Source: the human T2T-CHM13v2.0 reference genome, Homo sapiens | DNA: 64,000 nucleotides | Assembly (NCBI RefSeq): GCF_009914755.1 | Contig: NC_060938.1 | Strand: one strand, 5' to 3' | Shown here: in pieces, positions 1 through 12,802 of the stretch | Layout of the letters: every line of letters begins with the position of its first letter | Numbering within the stretch: position 1 is the first letter of the stretch | The notes under the pieces: model-generated | Told to the model about the DNA's origin: nothing | What the model saw: the letters and a program-made list of their open reading frames with translations, nothing else | Database searches by the model: none | Position numbers and translations under genes: made by a program

Positions 1-1400
1 GGAGTGGAGAGGATTGGAATGGAGTGGAGTGGAATGAAATGGTTTGGAGTTGTGTGGAATGGAGTGGAATGCAAGGGAATGTAATGGAGTGGAGTGAAAT
101 GGAATGGAGTGTAATGGAGTGGGGTGGAGTGGAATGGAATGGAATAGAGTGGAGTGGAGTGGAGTGGAAAGGAATGGATTGCAGTGGAATGGAATGGAAT
201 GGAGTGGAGTGGAGTGGAGTAGAATGGATTAGAGTGGAGTGGAATGGAATGGAGTGGAATGGAATAGATGAGAGTGGAATGAAAAGGAATGGAGTGGAGT
301 AGAGTTGAGTGGAGTGGAATGGAGTGGAATGGAGAGGAATGGAATGGAGTGGAAATGAATGGAATGGAGTGGTATGGAATGGAGTGGAGTTCAGTGGAGT
401 GGAGTGGAGTGGAATGGAGTGGAATGGAGTGGAGTGGAATGGAATGGAATGGAATGGAATGGAACGGAATGGAATGGAAGGGAGCAGAGTGCGGTGGAGT
501 GGAGTTGAGTGGAGTGGATCGAAGTGTAGTGGAATGGAATGCAATGAAGTGGAATGGAGTGGAGCGTAATGGAGTGGAGTGGAACGGAATGGAATTAAAT
601 GGAACGGAAAGGAATGGAATGGAATGGAATGGAACGGAAAAAACCGAGTGGAGTGGAGTGGAGTGGAGTGGAGTGCAGTGGATTGGAATGCAGTGGAATG
701 GAATGTAACAGAATGGAAGGGAATGGAATGGAATGGAGTGGAGTGGAATGGAATGGAATGGAATGGAATGGAGTGGAGTGATGTGGAGTCGAATTGCGTG
801 AAATGAAGTGAAATGGAGTGGAGTTGAATGGACTGGAGTGGAGTGGATTGGAATGGAGTGTAATGGAATGGAAAGGAACAGAGTGGAATGGAATGGAATG
901 GAATGGAACAGAATGGAAAGGGGTGGAGTGGACTGGACTGGAATGGAGTTGAGTGCAGTGGATCGGAGTTCATTGAAATGGAATGGAATGGATTGGAGTG
1001 GAGTAGAATGGAATGAAACGTTATGGAATGGAATGCTGTGGAGTAGAGTGGAGTGTTGTGGAGTGGAGTGGAGTGAAATGGAATGAAATGGCATGGAATG
1101 GAATGAAATGGAGTGGAATTCAATGGAATGGAGGGGAGTGGAATGGAATGGAATGCAATGGAAAGGAATGGAATGGTTTGGAGTGGAACGGAATGGAGGG
1201 GAGTGGAGTGAAATGCAGTTTAGTGGATTGGAATGGAATGGAGTGGAGTGGAATGGAGTGGATTGGAGTGGAATGCAATGGATTGGAGTGGAGTGCAGTG
1301 GAGTGGAATGGAGTGGAGTCGAATGGAGTGGAGCGGAGTGGAATGGAGTGGAGAGTAATGAAGTGGAATGGAATGGAATGGAATGGAATGGAATGGAATG

Positions 1401-1476
1401 GTGAAATGAAATGTGATCTAAGATAGTGCCACTGCACTCCAGTCTGAATGATAGAGTGTGATCCAGTCGAAGTAAA
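1401..1476 (+). mobile_element. Alu right-arm 3' fragment island #1
   Basis: GTGATCTAAGATAGTGCCACTGCACTCCAGTCTGAATGATAGAGTGTGATCCAGTC compared with the Alu 3' end GTGAGC..GATCGCGCCACTGCACTCCAGCCTGGGCGACAGAGCGAGAC. Confidence 0.8.
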
Positions 1477-2960
1477 GGAATGGAATAGAATGGAGAGAAG
1501 TGGAATGGAATGGAGTGGTATGGAGTGGAGAGGATTGGAATGGAGTGGAGTGGAATGAAATGGTTTGGAATTGTGTGGAATGGAGTGGAATGGAAGGGAA
1601 TGTAATGGAGTGGAGTGAAATGGAATGGAGTGGAATGGAGTGGAGTGGAGTGGAATGGAATTAAAAGGAATGAAACGGAATGGAATGGAATGTGGTGGAA
1701 TGGAATGGAGTGGAGTGGAATGGAATGGAGTAGAACGGAACTGAACAGAATGGAATGGACCAGAATGGAATGGAGCGGAGTGGGGTGAAGTTGAGTTGAG
1801 TGGAGTGAATCGTAGTGCACTGGAATGGAATGGAATGGAATGGAATGGAATGGAATGGAATGGAATGGAATGGAGTAGAATGGAGTGGAGTGGAGTGGAG
1901 TGGAGTGAAGTTTAATGGAGTGGAGTGGAGTTGAGTGGAGTTGTGTGGAATGGAAGGGAATGGGATGGAATGAAATGCAATGGAATGGAATGGAATGGAA
2001 AGCAAAAGAGAGGAGTGAAGTGGAGTGGAGTTGAGTGCAGTGTATCGGAGTGCAGAGGAATGGAATGGAATGGAATGGAATGGAGTGGAGTGGAATGGAA
2101 TAAAATGGAATGGAGCAGAGTGCAGTGGAGTGGTGTGGAGAGGAATTGAGTGGAATGGAGTGAAATGGAGTGGAGTGAAATGGAATAGAATGGAGTGGAG
2201 TGTAGTAGAATGGAGTGGAGTGGAATGGAATGGAGTGGAATATAATGGACTGGAGTGGAATGGAATAGAGTGGAGTTGAGTGGAGTTGAGTGGAGTGGAG
2301 TGGAGTGGAATGGAATGGATTGGAGTGGAAAGGAATGGACTGGAGTGGAATGGAATGGAACAGAAAGAAACAGAACAAAGGGGAATGGACTGGAATGGAG
2401 TGGAGTGGAGTTGAGTTGAGTGCATCAGAGTGCAGTGGAATGGAATGGATTGGAGTTTAATGGAGAAGAGTGGAGTGGAATGGAGTGAAATGGAGTGTAA
2501 TGGAACGGAATGGAACGGAACAGAATGGAATAGAGTGGGGTGGTGTGGAGGGGAGTTGAGTGGAGTGGAACGAAGGGCAGTGGAATGGAAAGGAATGGAA
2601 TGGAGTGTAGTGGAGTAGAGTGGAGTGTGGTGGAGTTGAGCGGAATGATGTGGAATGTAATGGATTGGAATAAAATGGAATGGATTGGAGTGCAGTGGAG
2701 TGGTGTGGAGTGGAATTGAGTGGAATGGAGTGAAATGGAGTGGAGTGAAATGGAATGGAATAGAGTGTAGTGTAGTAGAATGGAGTGGAATGGAGTGGAA
2801 CGGAATGGAAAGGAATTGAAAGTAATGGAATGGAACAGAATGGAATGGAGTGGAGTGGAAAGGAGTGTAGTGGAGTTGATTTGAGTGTATCAGAGTGTAA
2901 TGGATTGGAGTGGCGTGGAATGGAATGGAGTGGGGTGAAGTGGAGTGGAATGGAATGGAA

Positions 2961-3040
2961 TGGAGTCTAGTGGAACGGAAAGTAAAGGAATGGAATGGAA
3001 TGGAGTCTAGTGGAACGGAAAGTAAAGGAATGGAATGGAA
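2961..3040 (+). repeat. Perfect 40-bp tandem duplication
   Basis: TGGAGTCTAGTGGAACGGAAAGTAAAGGAATGGAATGGAA occurs twice in tandem. Confidence 0.9.
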
Positions 3041-3821
3041 TGGAATGGAACGGAATGGAATTGCAGGAAATAGAACGGAGTGGAGTGGAGTGGAGATGAG
3101 TGGATTGGATGGGAGTGCAGTGGAATGGAATGGAATGAAGTGGAATGGAAAGGAATGCAATGGAATGCAATGGAATGGAAGGGAGTGGAGTGGATTGGAA
3201 TGGAATGGAGTTTAGAGGAGCGGAGTGGAGTGGATTGGAGTGGAGTGGAATGGAATGGAGTGGAGAGGAGTGGAGTGGAATGGAGAGGAATGGAATGGAG
3301 CAGAGTGGAGTGGAATGGAATGGAGTGGCATGGAATGGAGTGGAGTTGACTGGAATGCAGTAAAGTGGAGTGTAGTGGAGTGGAGTTGAGTGGAGTGGAG
3401 TGGAGTTGAGTGTAATGGAGTAAAATGGATTATAGTGGAATGGAATGGAGTGGAATGGAATGGAACGGAAAGGAATGGAATGGATTGGAACAGAATGGAG
3501 TGGAGTGGAGTAGAGTTGAGTGGAGAGAAGAGGAGTGCAGTGGAATGGAATGAAATTTAGTGGAATGGAGTGGAATGGAAGGGAGTGGAGTGGAATTGAA
3601 TGGAATGGAATGGAACTGAATGCAATGGAATGGAATGCAATGGAATGGAAAGGAACGAAATGGAGTGGAGTGGGGTGGAGCGGAGTAGACTTGAGTGGAT
3701 CGAAGTGCAGTAGAATGGAATGGAATGGAATGGAGTTGAGTGGAATGGAATGGAATATATTGGAATGCAGTGGAGTGGATTGGAATGGAAGGGAATGGAA
3801 TAGATTGGAATGAATGGAATA

Positions 3822-3897
3822 GTGAAATGAAATGTGAGATAAGATTGTGCCACTGCACTCCAGTCTGGTAGAAAGTGGGCGATCCTTTCGAAATAAA
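3822..3897 (+). mobile_element. Alu 3' fragment island #2
   Basis: GAGATAAGATTGTGCCACTGCACTCCAGTCTGG. Confidence 0.8.
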
Positions 3898-6837
3898 GGA
3901 ATGGAATGGAAAGGAGTGGAATGGAATGGAATGGAGTGGAATGCAGTGGAGTGGAGTGGAATGGAGTGGAGTGGAATGGAGAGGGGTGGAGTGGAATGGA
4001 GCAGAAAGGAATGGAAAAGAATGGAGTGGAATGGAATGGAATGGAGTGGAAAGGTACTGAGTGGAGTGAAGTGGAGAGGATTGGAGTTGAATGGAGTGGA
4101 ATGGAGTGAAATTGATTGGAGTGGAATGGAGTGTAGTGGAATGGAATGGAGTGGAATGGAACAGAACAGAACGGAATGTGACGGAACAGAATGGAACAGA
4201 GTGAAGTGGAGTGGAGTGGTGTGGAATGGAGTGCAATGAAGTTGAATGGAAAGGAGTGGCATGGAATGGAATGGAATGGAATGGAACCGACTGGAATGGA
4301 ATGGAGTGGAATGGAATGGAATGGAAAGGAACAGAGTGGAGTGGAGTGGAGTGGAATTGAGTGGAGTGGATCAGAGTGCAGTGGAATTGAATGGAATGGA
4401 ATGGAAAGGAATGGAATTGAGTGGTGTGGCATGGAATGGAATGAAATGGAGTGGAGTGGAGTAGAGCGGAGTTGAGTGGAGTGGATCGGAGAGCAGTGAA
4501 ATGGAATGGAATGCAATGGAATGGAATGGAGTGGGTTGGAATGGAATAGAATGTAATGGAATGGAGAGGACTGGACTGGAGTGGAGTGGAGCAGAGTGGA
4601 ATGGAATGGAATGTAATAGAATGGAATGGAGTGGAGTGGAATGCAATTGAGTGGAATGGAGTGGTGTGGAGTGGAATCGAGTGGAATGGAATGGAATGGA
4701 GTGGAGTGGAATGGAATGGAATAGAATGGAATGTAATGTAATGGAATGGAGTGGAGTGGAATGGAATGGAATGGAATGGAGTGGAATGGAATGGAATGGA
4801 GTTAAATGGAATGGAGTGGAGAGAAGTGGAGTGGAGAGGAGTGGAAGGGAGTGGAGTGGAGTGGAATGGAATGGGGGGTGGAATGAAGTGGAGTGGAATG
4901 GAATGGAATGTAGGAGAGAAATGGAATGGAGTGGAGTGGAGTAGAATGGAATGGAGAGGAATTGAGTGGAATGGAGTGAAATAGAATGGAGTGGAGTGGA
5001 ATGGAATGCAGTGGAAAGGACTGGAATAGAACAGAATGGAATGGAACGGAATGGAATGGAATGGATTGGAGTGGAGTGGAGTGGAGTGGAGTGGAATGGA
5101 GAAGAAAGGAATGGAGTGGAGTGGAATGGAATGGAATGGAATGGAACAGAAATAAATGGAATGAAATGGAACGGCATGGAATGGAACGGAACAGAATGGA
5201 GTGGAGTGGAATGGAGTGGAGTTGAGTGCAGTGGAAAGGAGTGCAATGGAATGGAACGGAATGGAATAGAATGCAATGGAATGGAATGGAGTGGAGTGGA
5301 ATGGAATGGAATGGAGTGGAGTGGAGTGGATTGGAGTGGAGTGGATGGTGTGGAATGGAATGGAATTTATTGGAATGGAATGGAATGGAGTGGAGTGGAA
5401 TAGAATGGAACAGAATGGAATGGAATGGAGTGGAGTGGAATAGAATGGAACAGAATGGAATGGAATGGAAAGGAATGGAATCGAATGGAATGGAATGGAA
5501 TGGAATGGAAAGGAATGGAATGTTGTGGAGTGGAACGGCATGGAGTGGAGTGGAATGGAATGCACTGGAGTGGAGTGGATTGGAATGGAATGGAGTGGAA
5601 AGGAATGGAATGGAATGGACAGGAATGGAGCGGAATGTAATGGAATGCAATGGAATGGAATGGAATGGAATGGAATGGAATTGAGTGGAGTGGAGTTGTC
5701 TTGCGTACAGTAGATCGGACTGCATTGAAATGGAATGGAATGGAATCAAATGGAATGGAATGGAAGGGAGTGGAGCGGAATGGAATGGAATGGAGTACAG
5801 TGTAGTGTAGTGTAGTGTAGTGTAGTGGAATGGAATGAAATGCAGTGGAGTACAGTAGATTGTAGTGGAGTGGAGTGGAATGCAATGGAATCCAGTGGAA
5901 TGGAATGGAATGGAGTAGAATGAAATGGAAAGGAGTGGAATGGATTGGAATGAAGTGGTGTGGAATGGAATGGAATGGAGTGGTATGGAATGGAATGGAA
6001 TGGTATTGGGGTGGAGTGGAGTGGATTGAAATTGAGTGTAGTGGATCGGAGTGCAGTGGAATGGAATTGAATGGAATGGAATGGCATGCAATGAAATGGA
6101 ATGCAATGGAATGGAATGGAACGTAATGCAACGGAGTGGAGTGAAGTGGAGTGGAGTTGATGGCAGTGGATCAGAGTGCAGTGGAATGGATTGGAACGGA
6201 ATGGAATGGAATGGAGTGGAGTGGAATGGAATGGAATGAAGTGGAATGCAATGTAGTGGAGTGGAATGGAGTGGAGTGGAGTGAAATGGATGAAATGGAG
6301 TGGAGTGGCGTGAAGTGGATTGGAATGGAACGGAACCGAATGGAATAGATAGGAAAGGAATGGAATGGAAAGAATTGGAGTAGAGTGGAGTGGAGTGGAG
6401 GGAAGTGGAGTGGAATGGAGTGGAATGGAGTGGAACAGAGTGGAGTGGAGTGGAGTGGATTAGAATTGAGTGAAGTGTATCGCCGTGCAGGGGAATGGAA
6501 TGGAATGGAATGGAATGGAATGGAATGGAGTGGAGTGGAGTGGAGTGGAGTGGAATGGAATGGAATGGAATGGAATGGAATGGAATGGAATGGAGTGGAA
6601 TGGAATGGAATGGAAAGGAATGGAGTGGAGTGGAGTGGATTGTAGTGGAAAGGAATGGAGTGGAGTGGAATGTATTGGAGTGCAGTGGAGTGGAATATAA
6701 TGGAATCTAGTGGCATGGAATAGAATGGAGTGGAATGAAACAGAATGGGGTGGAATGGAATGGAATGGAGTGGTGTGGAATGGAATGGAATGGAGGGGAA
6801 TGGAATATAATGGAATGGAATGAAATGGAAGGGAATG

Positions 6838-6913
6838 GTGAAATGATATTTGAGCTAAGATTGTGCAACTGCACTGAAGTCTGGATGACAGTGAGAGAGC
6901 CAGTCGAAATAAA
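6838..6913 (+). mobile_element. Alu 3' fragment island #3
   Basis: GAGCTAAGATTGTGCAACTGCACTGAAGTCTGGATGACAG. Confidence 0.8.
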
Positions 6914-7473
6914 GGAGTGGAATGAAATGGAGTCGAATGGAATGGAATGGAGTGCAGTGGTACGGAATGGAGTGCAATGGATTGGAGTGGAGTGGAACAG
7001 AGTGCAGTGTAGTGGAGTTGACTGGAGTGCATCAGAGTGCAGTGGAATGGAATGGAATGCAATGGGCAGGAAAGGAGTGTAGTGTAATGGAGTGGAATGG
7101 AGTGAACAGGTGTGGAGTGGAATGGAGTGGAGTGGAATGGAATGGTGTGGAATGGAAAGGAAGAGAATAGAAAGGAACGGAATAGAATGGAATGGAGTGG
7201 AGTGAAGTGGAATGAAGAGGGGTGGATTGGAATGGAATGGACACGTGTGTAGTGGAGTGGAGTGGATTGGAGTGGAATGTGGGGGAAGGGAATGGAGTGG
7301 AGTGGAATGGAATGGAATGGAATGGAATGGAATGGAACAGAATGGAACGGAATGGAAGGGAATGAACAGAATAGAATGGAATGGAACATAGTGGAGTGGA
7401 TTGGAGTGGCATAGAGTTGATTGCAATGTATTGCAGTGTAGTGGAATGGAATAGAATGGAATGGAATGGAATG

Positions 7474-7549
7474 GTGAAATGATATGTGAGCTAAGATTGT
7501 GCAACTGCACTCCAATCTGGGTGACAGAGAGAGACCCAGTCCAAATAAA
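7474..7549 (+). mobile_element. Alu 3' fragment island #4
   Basis: GTGAGCTAAGATTGTGCAACTGCACTCCAATCTGGGTGACAGAGAGAGACCCAGTC. Confidence 0.85.
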
Positions 7550-8535
7550 GGAGTGAAATGGAATGGAGTTGAATGGAATGGAATGGAGTGCAGTGGTATG
7601 GAATGGTGTGCAATGGAGTGGAGTGGAGTGGAACAGACTGTAGAGGAGTGGACTTGACAGGAGTGGATCAGAGTGCAGTGGAATGGAATGGAATGCAATG
7701 CACAGGAATGGAGTGGAGTGGAATGGAGTGGAATGGAGTGAACAGGAGTGGAGTGGAATGGAGTGAAGTGGAAAGCAATGGTGTTGAGTGGCATGGAACA
7801 GAATGGAATGGAACTGAATGGAACAGAATGGAGTCGAGGGAAGTGGAGTGGAGTGGAATGGAATGGACTGGTGTGTAGCCGAGAGGAGTGCATTGGAGTG
7901 GAATGGAGGGGAAGGTAATAGAGTTGAGTGGAATGGAATGGAATGGAATAGAATGGAATGGAAAGTAGTGGAGTGGATTGGAGTGGAGTGGAGTGGAGTT
8001 GAGCGGAGTGGAGTAGAGTGGAATGGATTGGAGTGGAACAGAGTGGAGTGGAATGAAGTGGAATGGTTTGGAATGGAATTTAGTGGCATGGAATGGAACG
8101 GAGTGGATTGGAGTGGAGTGGAATGGAGTAGAATGCAGTGAAATGGAGTGGAATGGAATGGAGTGGAATGGTACGCAACAGAATGGAAAGGAAAGTAATG
8201 GAGAGGAGTGGAGTGAAGTGGAGTGGAGTTGAGTGGAGTGGATCGGAGTGTACTGGAATGTAATGTAATGGAATGGAATGGAATGGAGTGAAGTGGAGTG
8301 GAGTGGAGCAGAAGGGAGTGGAATGGAATGGAGTAAAGTGGAATGGAATGGAAAGGAATGGAATGGAATGGAACGGAACGGAAAAGAACGGAGTGGAGTT
8401 GATTGGAGTTCAGTGGAGTGGATGGAAGTGCAGTGGAATGGAATGGAATGGAATAGAATGGAGTGGAGTGGAGCGGAATGGAGTTGAGTGGAGCATACTG
8501 GAGTGGAGAGGAATGGAATGGAATGGGATGGAATG

Positions 8536-8611
8536 TTAAAATGGAATGTGAGCTAAGATTGTGCCACTGCACTGCAGTCTGGGTGACAGAGTGAGATCCA
8601 AACGAAATAAC
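8536..8611 (+). mobile_element. Alu 3' fragment island #5
   Basis: GTGAGCTAAGATTGTGCCACTGCACTGCAGTCTGGGTGACAGAGTGAGA. Confidence 0.85.
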
Positions 8612-8797
8612 CGAATAGAATGGAATGGAGTGGAATGGAATGGAATGGAGTGGAGTGGAGTGGAATGGAATGGAGTGGAATGGAGTGGAATTTAGTGTAG
8701 TGGAATGGAGTGGAATGGAGTGAAACGGACGGGAATGGAATGGAGTGGAATGGAGTGGAATGGAATGGAATGGAATGAAATGGAATGGAATGGAATG

Positions 8798-8873
8798 GTG
8801 AAATGAAATGTGAGCTAAGATTGTGCCACTGCACTCCAATATGTGTGACAGAGTGAGATTCAGTCGAAATAAA
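8798..8873 (+). mobile_element. Alu 3' fragment island #6
   Basis: GTGAGCTAAGATTGTGCCACTGCACTCCAATATGTGTGACAGAGTGAGA. Confidence 0.85.
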
Positions 8874-9584
8874 GGAATGGAATGGAATGGATTAGAAAGG
8901 AATAGAATGGAGTGGAGTGGAATGGAATGGAGGGGAATGGAGTGGAGTGGATTGGAAAGGAGTGGAATTTAATGGAGTGGAGTGGAATGGAGTGGAATGG
9001 AATGGAGTGGAATGGAACGGAGTGAAATGGAATGGAACTGAATGGAATGGAATGGAATGCAACGGAGTGGAGTGCAGTGGAATAGAGTGGAGTGTAGTGG
9101 AGTGCAGTGGAATGGAGTGGAATGGAAAAGAGTGGAGTGGAATGGAATGGAATGGAATGGAATGGAATGGAATGGAACGGAATGGTACGGAGTGGAGTGG
9201 AGTGGAGTTGATTGGAGAGCAGTGGATTGGAGTGGAAGAGAGTGGAGTGTATTGGAGTGGAGTGCAATGGAGTGGAACGGAGTGGAATGGACAGGAGTGG
9301 AGGGGAATGGAATGGAACGGAACGGAATGGAGTGGAGTGGACTTGATTGGATAAGAGTGGCTTGGAGTGGAATAGAGTGGAGTGGAGTCGAGTGGAGTGG
9401 AATGGAGTGGAATGGTGTGGAATGGAAAGGAGTGGAGTGGAATGGAATGCAATGCAATGCAATGGAATGCAAAGGAAGGGAACAGAGTGGAGTGGAGTGG
9501 AGTTGACTGGAGGGGATTGGAGACCAGTGAAATGGAATGGAATAGAATCTAATTGAATGGAAACGAATGGAATTGAATGGAATG

Positions 9585-9660
9585 GTGAAATGAAATGTGA
9601 AATAAGATTGTGGAACTGCACTACAATCTGGGAGACAGAGTGAGATCCTGGCAAAATAAA
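9585..9660 (+). mobile_element. Alu 3' fragment island #7
   Basis: AAGATTGTGGAACTGCACTACAATCTGGGAGACAGAGTGAGA. Confidence 0.8.
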
Positions 9661-10541
9661 AGAATGGAATGGAATGGAGTAGAATGCAATGGAATGGAGA
9701 GAAGTGGAATGGAGTGGTGTGGAGTGTAATGGAGTTGAGTGGAATTCAGTGGAGTGCAAAGAATTGGAAAGGGGTGGAATGGAATGGAGTGGAATGCAAT
9801 GGAATGGAATGAAGTGGAATGCAATGTAGTTGAATGGAATGGAGTGGAGTGCAATAGAGTGGAGTGGATTGGAGTGGAATGGAGATGAATTGAGTGAAAT
9901 GGAGTGGAGTGGAATGGAGTGGAGTGGAATGGAATGAAGTGGAATGGAACGGAATGGAACAGAACGGAGTGGAAAGGAATGGAATGGAGCAGAACGGAAA
10001 GGAATGGAATGGAGTGGAGTGGAGTGCAGTGGAGTGGAGTTGAGAGGAGTGGATCTGAGTGCAGTGGAATGGAATGGAATGAAATGGAATGAAATGGAGT
10101 GGAGTACAGTGCAGTGAAGTGGAGTTGAGAGGAGTGGATCTGAGTGCAGTGGAATGCAATGGAATGAAATGGAGTAGAGTGCAGTGAAGTGGAGTACAGT
10201 AGAGTGGAATGGAGTGGAGTGGAGGGGAATGTAATTGAGTGCAGTGGAATGGAAAGAAATGGAAAGTAATGGAATAGAATGGAATGGAATGGACTGGAAT
10301 GGAATGGAATGGAGTGGAGTGGAGTAGAGTGGAGTTGAGTGGAGTGGATCGCAGTGCAGTGGAATGGAATGGAATGGAATGGAATGGAATAGAATGGAAT
10401 GGAATGGAGTGCAGTGCAATGGAATTGAATAAATTGGAGTGGAGTGGAATGGAATGGAGTTGAGTGGAGTGGATTAGAGTGGAATGGAATGCAGTGGAGT
10501 GTGCTGGAATGGAATGGAATAGAATGGAATGGAATGGAATG

Positions 10542-10617
10542 GTGAAATGAAATGTGAGATAAGATTGTGCCACTGCACTCCAGTCTGGTTGACAGAGTGA
10601 GATCCAGTCGAAATAAT
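10542..10617 (+). mobile_element. Alu 3' fragment island #8
   Basis: GAGATAAGATTGTGCCACTGCACTCCAGTCTGGTTGACAGAGTGAGA. Confidence 0.85.
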
Positions 10618-11533
10618 GGACTGCAATGGAATGGAGTGGAATGGAATGGAATGGAATTGAATGGAGTGGAATGCATTGGAATAAAATGAAGTGGAGTGGA
10701 ATGGAATAAAGCGGAGTGGAGTGAAGTGCAGTTGAGTGGAATGGACTGGAGTGAAATGGAGTGGAATGGATTGGAATGGAATGGAGTGGAATGGAATGGA
10801 ATGGAGTGGAATGGAACGAAGTGACGTGGAGTGGAGTGGCGTTGAATGGAGTGGAATGGAGTGAAATGGTGTGGAGTGAAGTGGAGCAGAGTGGAGTAAA
10901 ATGGAGTGGACTGGAGTGGAATGGAGTGGAGTGGAATGGAATGGAATCGAATGGAATGGAGTGGAATGGGATGGAATGGAATGCAATGCAATGAATTGAA
11001 ATGGAATGGAGTGGAATGGAATGGAGTGGAGTGGAGTGGAGTGGAATGGAGAGCAATGGAGTGAAATGGAATGGAGTGGAATGGAGTGGAGTGGAATGGA
11101 GAGCAATGGAATGAAATGGAATGGAGTGGAATGGAGTGGAATAGAAAGAGATGAAGTGGAATGGAGTGGAATGGAACAGAACAGAACGGAATGGAAAGGA
11201 GTGGAGTGGAGTGGTTCGGAGTGCAGTGGAATGGAATGGAATGGAGTGGAGTGGAATGGAAAGAAATGGAACAGAATTGAATGGGATATAAAGAAATGGA
11301 TTGGACGAAAACGGAACGGAGTGGACTGGAGTTGAGTGGAGTGGATCGGAGTGCAGTGGAATGGAATGGAATAGAATGGAATGCAGTGGAGTGGAATGGA
11401 ATGAAGTGGAGTGGAATGGAATGAAGTGGAGCGGAGTGGAGTGCAATGGAGTGGAGTGGAGTGGAGTTGAATGGAATGGAGTAGAGTGTAGTGGAATGTA
11501 ATGGAATAGAATGGAATGGAATGGAATGGAATG

Positions 11534-11608
11534 GTGAAATGAAATGTGAGCTAAGATTGTGCTACTGCACTCCAGTTGAGTGACAAAGTGGAATCCAGTT
11601 GACGTAAA
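11534..11608 (+). mobile_element. Alu 3' fragment island #9 (1-bp deletion)
   Basis: GTGAGCTAAGATTGTGCTACTGCACTCCAGTTGAGTGACAAAG. Confidence 0.8.
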
Positions 11609-11899
11609 GGAACGGAATGGAATGGAGTAAAATGGTATGGAATGGAGTGGAGTGGAATCGAATGGAGTGTAATGGAGTGGAGTAGAGTGGAATTGAGTGG
11701 AGTGGAATGGAGTGGAGTGGAGTGGAGTGGAGTGAAATGGAACGGAACCGAACGGAATGGAATGGAATGCAACGGAGTGGAGTAGAGTGGAGTATAGTGG
11801 AGTGGAGTGGAGTGGAATGGAATAGAGTGGAGTGGAGTGGAATGGAATGGAGTGGAAAGGAGTGGAATGGAATGGAATGGAATGGAATGGAAGGTAATG

Positions 11900-11975
11900 G
11901 TGAAATGAAATGTGAGCTAATATTGTGCCACTGCACTACAGTCTGGGTGACAGAGTGAGATCCAGTCAAAATAAA
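11900..11975 (+). mobile_element. Alu 3' fragment island #10
   Basis: GTGAGCTAATATTGTGCCACTGCACTACAGTCTGGGTGACAGAGTGAGA. Confidence 0.85.
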
Positions 11976-12802
11976 GGAATGGAATGGAATGGAATGGAGT
12001 AGAATGGAATGGAGAGGAGTGGAATAAAATGAAGAGGAATGGAGTGGACTTGAGAGGAATGAAATGGAATGCAGTGGAATGGAATGGAGTGGAATGGAAT
12101 GGAATGGAATGAAAAGAAATGGAGTGGAGTGGAATGGAGTGGAATGGGATGGAGTGGAGTGGAATGGGATGGAGTGGAGTGTAATGGGATGGAGTGGAGT
12201 GGAATGGAGTGGAATGGAAAGAAATGGCAAGGAGTGGAATGGAAAGGAGTGGACTGGTGAAGATTGGAGTTGATGGGAGTGGAATGGAGTGGAGAGGAGT
12301 GGAGTGGAGTGGAATTGAGTGGAAAGGAGTGAAATGGTGTGGAATTGGAATGGGGTGGAGTGGAATGGAATGGAGTGGAATGGTATGGAACAGAATGGAA
12401 TGGAACAAAATGGAATGGAGTGGAGTGCAGAGGAGTTGAGAGGAGTGGATCAGAGTGCAATGGAATGGAAAGGAATGGAATGGAATGGATTGGAGTGGAG
12501 TTGAGTGGAGTGGAGTGGAATGGAGAAGAATGGAGAGGAATGGAATGGAGTGGAATGGAATGGTATGGTAGGGAATGGAGTGTAGTGGAGTGAAGTGGTG
12601 TGAAGCTGAGTGGAGTGAATCAGAGTGCAGTGAAATGGAATGGTATGGAATGGAATGGAATTTAATGGAGTGGAATGGAATGGAGTGGACTGGAACGGAA
12701 TGAAATGGATTGGATTGGAATGGAGTTGAGTGGAGTTGAGTTGAGTGGAGTGGAGTGGAATGGAATGGAATGCAAAAGAATGGAATGGAGTGCAATGGAA
12801 TT

